Of a stretch of DNA of 49,675 nt, positions 44,443 to 49,675 are shown piece after piece; the stretch's first letter is position 1, and each line of letters begins with the position of its first letter. The DNA comes from a virus (lineage: Duplodnaviria > Caudoviricetes). A model generated the notes under the pieces. The model ran no database searches, was not told the origin of the DNA, and saw only the letters and a program-made list of their open reading frames with translations. Both the position numbers and the translations under genes were made by a program. The stretch spans positions 1 to 49,675 of IMG/VR virus record IMGVR_UViG_3300020045_002457; one strand, given 5' to 3'.

Positions 44443-44590
44443 TATTGGTAAACTCGCAACATTGATGGGTATGGTACTGTCAATCGTATTGATCCTGTCC
44501 CACATCCTCAAGATGCGCCAAGATGCGCGCGAAAGCGAACTTCGCGAAGCACTGTTGCTCAAACAGCTCGACGCACATCGCCGCGAATGA
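44351..44590 (+). CDS. Holin/pinholin-like protein
   Basis: 79 aa; weakly hydrophobic N-terminal segment, a TM (LATLMGMVLSIVLIL) and a charged C-terminal tail; GAGG RBS; near the lysis genes. Confidence 0.6.
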   Translation: MSLTDGRLGSAVATGTTGTGIATWLQMIPNDIGKLATLMGMVLSIVLILSHILKMRQDARESELREALLLKQLDAHRRE

Positions 44591-44593
44591 ATG

Positions 44594-44614
44594 ACGCCCC
44601 TTACGGGGCGTTTT
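44594..44614. terminator. Terminator between convergent genes
   Basis: ACGCCCC-TTAC-GGGGCGT followed by TTT. Confidence 0.8.
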
Positions 44615-44615
44615 G

Positions 44616-46754
44616 CTAGGCGCTGGTCAGCGGCAGCACCAACTTAGCCGCTTCATCTATGTACCATTGGTAATTTAAATCGGACCAATCGAACGATCCC
44701 GCATCGGCGCAATCCGTTACGCGATAACCTGCACAAATATTCTCGTAACGCGTATCGTGTTTTGACTTGTTACCGGTGTGAATACGTGCGTCCCACGGCG
44801 TGCCAACACTGTCCAGTTCCCCGACTTGACCCTCAATCTCTCGCATGACCGCACCGTAAAAATCATCGGTCAGTTTTGGGCGTCGTTTCCAGCTTCCGTG
44901 CGTTCCGGTCGGCGGTGAAATTTTAACCATATTTCCACCGCTGCGACTCACAAAGTAACGGGTGGTATTTTGCAGCTCAATTTCACAATTAAAATCAAGC
45001 CATCGCATTACCAGATTTGACGCGCGCGGCACTTTGGCGCGACACATAAAGTCGAATGGGTCACGGTGATTACGAATAAACGCCTCGTACGATTCACCAC
45101 GTATCAACGCCGCCTCAGCAGCGCGTGCCACGACTTGCGCGCTCGGGTCTTGGTGCCATAGGGTGTGATACTCGTACGCGCCTTTACGCTTCACTTTACC
45201 GCTGTCGTATAACGCCACATAATTATTGACGTCACGGATTGCCATTAGGTCGTAATGTGCAAATTCTAATTCAAGGCGCGTCACACCTTCCCACCATTTG
45301 CACACTTGCTGAACATGCGCGGCGTGTTGGCGTGGCATACGGTACGTGATACCGTCCGTGTTGGCTTGAATGATTGTGAGTCCTGGTACTTTGATCAATT
45401 GTTCAGCGAGCATACAAAGCCCCAGCTGACCGTTGATTGTGGTCATCATTGTGTATTTCGGATCGTATAGCGGACTGTACGCGTTGTTCGAGTTACCGTA
45501 CGACGCGTTGAGCGCTTCTTTTAGTGCGGCATTTTCGGGCGTACCTTTTTTGAACGATGCACGCTGATTAAAAATATCAAGGTACGTATCACAGAATTGT
45601 TGGCCCAAATGTTCAGGGTACATTTTGTTGACAATGGCGGTCATCGGATAAAATGACGTGACGTCAGCGTCCTCGATTACGTATTCATCATCGCTGCGCA
45701 CAATCTGCGACTCTATCGATCCATGAATGCCGCCGACACCGAACACATATGTAAAACCGTCAATTGTACAATTCAGATCGGAAAACACGCCTTTGGTGCT
45801 GAGTTTGTCGCTATCTTTAATATCCTCAACGCGAATCGTCTTGGATCGGAATAGCTCAAGGATTCGATTGAATTCTGGATGCTCAAATTTGATATACGGG
45901 AAAATCACATCAGCAAACGCAATATGCTGGCGCGGCGTTTGGCGCGGTACACGCTTTTGCCGACTATCTCGGGTGTAGCATTGAATGCCTGATTTTTCCA
46001 TTTGACTGACGAGGATCGTCATACCGATTTTGGTATTGGAAAAATTGAGCATATTCGTGCTGTATTTTTCCGACAACGATTCACGCAAGTGAATTTCAGC
46101 CAGTGACCGCGCATAGAATTTGCACGTCTCAACAACGTCGTGACGGTTGTACGATAGCAGTTCATCCATTTGCGACTCAGTGAGGATCGTACCAACCGGA
46201 AACGGTAAATCCTTCACGTTGCGGGAGCGCATGACAATCTCAAGCGCCTTGAGGCTCGTACCCTTCGCTTTATTGTCAAAATGCCAAATCTTGAATAAGT
46301 CCAATTGCGCAAATACTTGCTCGCTATCCCAAATCATTGAACCGAATTTATCTTGTGACTTGATAATCCCCATCGCGTGCTTATAAATATCAGCCGCACC
46401 AGCCCAAGTATTGGCAAGAATCCAGTGTAGTACGGGATAGTCGAAGCCTAAATTATTGAAGCCGACACCGCGCGCGCCGCCACGACCGAGACCGTAAATA
46501 AACTCAACCATTCGCGCAATGCCATTTTTACGTGTGGAAATTTCGAAAACGAGTTCGAGCCCCGTTGCGATGTGAATAAACGTCGCTGTGAAAATATTAG
46601 GGTAAGTTTCTTCATCGTAACCCCAATCGCGCGTATCCACAGGTGCTGCGACGGAAAACGCGTGTGATGTGCCGCAGTGAGGGCAGTCAGGCAAGTCGGA
46701 CGGGTACGTTTTGCCGCAGCCGTTAATCGGCTCGCATTGTGATAAAAAGCGCAT
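44616..46754 (-). CDS. Family B DNA polymerase with proofreading domain and N-terminal Zn ribbon
   Basis: DEET, FN..GFD, YNRHD exonuclease motifs; DVTSFYP, K.ALNASYG, NTDG polymerase motifs. Confidence 0.93.
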   Translation of the reverse strand: MRFLSQCEPINGCGKTYPSDLPDCPHCGTSHAFSVAAPVDTRDWGYDEETYPNIFTATFIHIATGLELVFEISTRKNGIARMVEFIYGLGRGGARGVGFNNLGFDYPVLHWILANTWAGAADIYKHAMGIIKSQDKFGSMIWDSEQVFAQLDLFKIWHFDNKAKGTSLKALEIVMRSRNVKDLPFPVGTILTESQMDELLSYNRHDVVETCKFYARSLAEIHLRESLSEKYSTNMLNFSNTKIGMTILVSQMEKSGIQCYTRDSRQKRVPRQTPRQHIAFADVIFPYIKFEHPEFNRILELFRSKTIRVEDIKDSDKLSTKGVFSDLNCTIDGFTYVFGVGGIHGSIESQIVRSDDEYVIEDADVTSFYPMTAIVNKMYPEHLGQQFCDTYLDIFNQRASFKKGTPENAALKEALNASYGNSNNAYSPLYDPKYTMMTTINGQLGLCMLAEQLIKVPGLTIIQANTDGITYRMPRQHAAHVQQVCKWWEGVTRLELEFAHYDLMAIRDVNNYVALYDSGKVKRKGAYEYHTLWHQDPSAQVVARAAEAALIRGESYEAFIRNHRDPFDFMCRAKVPRASNLVMRWLDFNCEIELQNTTRYFVSRSGGNMVKISPPTGTHGSWKRRPKLTDDFYGAVMREIEGQVGELDSVGTPWDARIHTGNKSKHDTRYENICAGYRVTDCADAGSFDWSDLNYQWYIDEAAKLVLPLTSA

Positions 46755-46769
46755 AGTGGTGACTCAGTG

Positions 46770-46792
46770 AAAACCCCGCTACGAGAGCGGGG
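46770..46792 (-). terminator. Hairpin/terminator
   Basis: CCCCGCT-CTCGT-AGCGGGG followed by TTTT on the minus strand; a related hairpin lies at 47612-47629. Confidence 0.6.
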
Positions 46793-46798
46793 CATGGG

Positions 46799-47323
46799 TT
46801 AGAGTGGTAAGTTGTGCTTTTTAGCGATATCAATCAAGTGTAACGCCTGACTTTCAGCATCATCTACCGCGTTGTGGTGTACACCAGTACGAATCAATTT
46901 AACATCTTTGAAAGTGTCCTTGATGGTGCGATAACACTTATCATCCCAAAATTTCCAAGGTTTCGGTATCAATGCAAGATCAAACGCTGTCGTCAAAATC
47001 ACATTGTCGAATGTTGCACCGTTACCCCAGACCGCACCGCCGTTGTTTTTCTTGTAAAACTGAACAAACTCGATCAGTGATAGTTGAATAGCTTGAGCTT
47101 TATCATTGTCGGCAAATGCGGCGCGGGCTTGGTCGGATTGTTTGAGCCACCAAATTACGGTACCCGCGTCCATTTTCAAACCAAGTTGAACCGACGATTC
47201 GAGGCTACATTGTGAATAAAAGCGGTCGTGTACCCCGTTTGCATCAAACGCTACCGCACCGATTGCGATGATTGCGGCATTTGATTTATTACCCATTGTT
47301 TCTAAATCGGGCATGATATGCAT
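46799..47323 (-). CDS. DEDDh 3'-5' exonuclease (RNase T/Exo-like)
   Basis: DLETMG, WGNGATFD, H.A.DDA..QA. Confidence 0.88.
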   Translation of the reverse strand: MHIMPDLETMGNKSNAAIIAIGAVAFDANGVHDRFYSQCSLESSVQLGLKMDAGTVIWWLKQSDQARAAFADNDKAQAIQLSLIEFVQFYKKNNGGAVWGNGATFDNVILTTAFDLALIPKPWKFWDDKCYRTIKDTFKDVKLIRTGVHHNAVDDAESQALHLIDIAKKHNLPL

Positions 47324-47586
47324 TACACGCTCCCGCTGACTTGTAATATTCCGCGCTCAATTTGTGATTTACGGCGCGCTACTTCACGCTTGCCGCCACC
47401 GACTGACACATCAAATGTAGTTTGACGGTGATTGGTGGCGAGGCCGGAAAACTTATCCATACCTTTACCGCGCGATTTGTATTCTGGAATGTTAGCCAGT
47501 GCAAAGTCGCGGGCATTACCGATTAATGATATTGCGTGAGCTACAGCAGCAGCAATTGCGAGAGAACGAGAAAAAGCTTTAGACAT
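47323..47586 (-). CDS. Hypothetical protein
   Basis: AAGGA RBS; TAATG coupling. Confidence 0.7.
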   Translation of the reverse strand: MSKAFSRSLAIAAAVAHAISLIGNARDFALANIPEYKSRGKGMDKFSGLATNHRQTTFDVSVGGGKREVARRKSQIERGILQVSGSV

Positions 47587-47637
47587 GATTTATTCCTTAT
47601 GTGGTGAGTAACCCCGCTACGTAGCGGGGCGGTTTGA

Positions 47638-48474
47638 TTAGACTTGTTGCAAGCCTGCGATATGAGCCTCAGTCCAGCCCGGCATGGCGAGCAATGCGCT
47701 ACGTTTGTACGGTACACCATTCACCAAATAAGACGGTTCAACTGGTGCTGGCGGCGCGGGTGGCGTTACCAAATCATGCGCAGGTGGAGGTGGAGCGCTT
47801 GGCGTCGGTGCTGGCGGCGCGGGTGTAGTTGGTGCTAATGGCGCAACGCCCGTATCGATCAACGCACCCTGTGGTAATACCGGAGCAGATCCACCAAATG
47901 CGGCAGCGGCGTCGGGTGCTGATGCGCTGACAATCAGTTGACCAGCGCGGCTCAATTCCACAAGTACCGGATTGATATACATGCCGGGACTATCTTTCGA
48001 GCCGTTCGCTTTGGTGTTGAACGACAATCGGATATAGTCACCCGCTTTAATTTCGTTTTCATCTTTGATCACTTCATGCGGTTGGTAGCGACCCGCGTGA
48101 TAAGTTGGTGTTGGGAAGCACGACGAAGCGAATAGAACCCAATGACCAGGATAGCCTTCACGATCACACGGTTTGTTACCTCGCTTATTTGGCTCGGTTG
48201 AATCGCCGTCGGTAATTTTCCAAGCGAACGCACGCGCCGCATGTTCACCGCGAGGCCATTCCGATACGGCTTGAGCTTGGATCGCAGCGCCCCACGGTGT
48301 TTGATTCCAGTGAGTCGTACCATTCTTAGGAATGGCGATACCGATTGTCGATGAAAAACGCAACGTACCGTCAGCGAATGTTTTTTGTTGGTTCGTTTTG
48401 TCGTCCATATCTTTGTTCATCTTCATCGGATGACCAGCAACGAGGCGACCTACGGGGGTGAGAATATCAGTCAT
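47638..48474 (-). CDS. ssDNA-binding/annealing protein (DUF2815-like) with Pro-rich tail
   Basis: TPVGRL, DGD, EGYPGHWV, G.Y.R......N...PG.Y.N; synteny with the Cas4-like nuclease and polymerase. Confidence 0.75.
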   Translation of the reverse strand: MTDILTPVGRLVAGHPMKMNKDMDDKTNQQKTFADGTLRFSSTIGIAIPKNGTTHWNQTPWGAAIQAQAVSEWPRGEHAARAFAWKITDGDSTEPNKRGNKPCDREGYPGHWVLFASSCFPTPTYHAGRYQPHEVIKDENEIKAGDYIRLSFNTKANGSKDSPGMYINPVLVELSRAGQLIVSASAPDAAAAFGGSAPVLPQGALIDTGVAPLAPTTPAPPAPTPSAPPPPAHDLVTPPAPPAPVEPSYLVNGVPYKRSALLAMPGWTEAHIAGLQQV

Positions 48475-49622
48475 AATTTTAAACTTCCTTTTTGTGTGAA
48501 TGTGGTGACAGCTTGCGTACCGTCGTTTTCAACCAGTTTGAAACCAGTCGAAGGAATTTCAGTATATTGAGCAATGGCGGCTTTGTCAATACCTTTCTTT
48601 TTAGCTTGTGAAGGTGTGTCTAAAGTCACAGGTTTGCGAATATCAATACCGAGCAAATCGCCCAACATGAGCACTTCTTCAACTGGTACATCGTCGCGCC
48701 ATTTCTCGCGACCTTTACCCGATACGATCCCGAAGAATGGTACAGCTTGACCGGATTTAATCTCATGAATCGCTTGCTCTTCGAGGCCGGACAATCGCGC
48801 CTCAATCGCAGCACTGGCGCGGCGTAATAGCTTCAATTCCACGCCAAGCGATTGACCTGTGAGATTGTGCGTAATGAGCTGACCGACGTAATCGACACCT
48901 TCATACGCAACGCGCAACGCCGTGTCACAGTGAGCGCGTGCGGAGCATGTTTTGCAGCTGGGTGATACGGTACATTCCGGCGCTTCCTGCATTGCCGCTT
49001 GCACGCCTGCCGTGACTTTGAAATACAGTGAAACGTGAGTCGGGTAGTCGTAAGTCCAAGTACGCACCGTACCGTCGTGATGAAACGCGCGCGGCTGAAC
49101 AATTCGCAGATCAAATTTAAGGTCGGTATTAAGCGGGAAGTGCTCGTTGCGAATCCCCTCAGCGTACAGCACCAGCGACCAATTATTGACCGCCTCGACT
49201 AACTGATGACCCGCTTTGAAATCCCACACCACGAGCGTGTTAATCGTCGGGTTATAAACCCATGAGTCGCCATACCCATACCAGCCCGGCACGATGTGGC
49301 TCAGGTCGATCCTTGATTCGATGTGTAGGTCGGCGGGGTCAATGCCATTCTCGAAGCAATAATTAACCACTTCGCTGTAATAGTCAGCGGATGTGTCACG
49401 CAATTCCTGTGTGATAACAATGCCGTCTTTCGACAATGTACCGACAAAATCCAGATCGTTGCACGTAACGTCGAATAGCTTTTGCGCCACTTCATGACAA
49501 GCGCGACCCTCCAGCACTGACTCGGATATTTCGCCCGGTAAGCGCGGATAAGCCTGTTGCGCTTGAAACGAACCGGAACACGTCATCCAGTGATTCGCGT
49601 CACTTACTTTGGGGAGTGTCAT
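48471..49622 (-). CDS. Cas4-like PD-(D/E)XK exonuclease (DUF2800 family)
   Basis: W..C.GS, EG..CH, GYGD...VWDFKAG, IVQPR, C..C..C.....C Fe-S-type cysteines. Confidence 0.85.
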   Translation of the reverse strand: MTLPKVSDANHWMTCSGSFQAQQAYPRLPGEISESVLEGRACHEVAQKLFDVTCNDLDFVGTLSKDGIVITQELRDTSADYYSEVVNYCFENGIDPADLHIESRIDLSHIVPGWYGYGDSWVYNPTINTLVVWDFKAGHQLVEAVNNWSLVLYAEGIRNEHFPLNTDLKFDLRIVQPRAFHHDGTVRTWTYDYPTHVSLYFKVTAGVQAAMQEAPECTVSPSCKTCSARAHCDTALRVAYEGVDYVGQLITHNLTGQSLGVELKLLRRASAAIEARLSGLEEQAIHEIKSGQAVPFFGIVSGKGREKWRDDVPVEEVLMLGDLLGIDIRKPVTLDTPSQAKKKGIDKAAIAQYTEIPSTGFKLVENDGTQAVTTFTQKGSLKL

Positions 49623-49645
49623 AGTGTTGCACCCAACGCAGCAAC

Positions 49646-49675
49646 AAACGCAGGGATCAAGTCAGGTCGTTGATT
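49646..49675. repeat. 30-bp terminal direct repeat (copy 2)
   Basis: Identical to 1-30. Confidence 0.97.

Noticed and set aside
48471-49622. CRISPR-associated Cas4
   Set aside because: Sits in the usual nuclease-SSB-polymerase replication operon; no array or other cas genes

Overview
This is a complete, circularly assembled genome of a tailed dsDNA phage. Positions 1-30 are repeated exactly at 49646-49675, and an ORF reads through that junction. The gene set points to a small contractile-tailed myovirus (sheath, tube, baseplate J, Gp138-type spike) of a Gram-negative host (SAR endolysin plus overlapping spanins). It resembles the roughly 45-50 kb JD001/phiPLPE-type phages in gene content; that placement is my recognition, not a search result. 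I see no integrase or CI-like repressor, so it is probably virulent. Modules: replication (SF2 helicase, AEP primase-SF3 helicase, family B polymerase, DEDD exonuclease, SSB, Cas4-like nuclease, clamp-like protein), an IbrB/IbrA (ParB + PAPS-reductase) cassette and a C5-methyltransferase-like gene, packaging/head, tail, and lysis. The most notable unexplained items are: (1) a ~550-nt ORF-free array of nested RNA stems at 27711-28255 with its own promoter; (2) a 56-aa tandem-repeat peptide (DAGGRGLPAKN x2) coupled to a polytopic membrane protein, an overprinted TM peptide and a holin-like gene, all divergent from the endolysin; (3) a ~210-bp inverted-repeat element present twice, 17 kb apart; (4) a genome-wide TTGAC-N5-CGCCA promoter/operator motif; (5) a small island in the head module encoding an RHH-like protein, a Gly-rich coiled-coil protein and an Ig-like protein; (6) a small alarmone-hydrolase-like HD protein. 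All family assignments come from motifs read by eye; no database searches were run.
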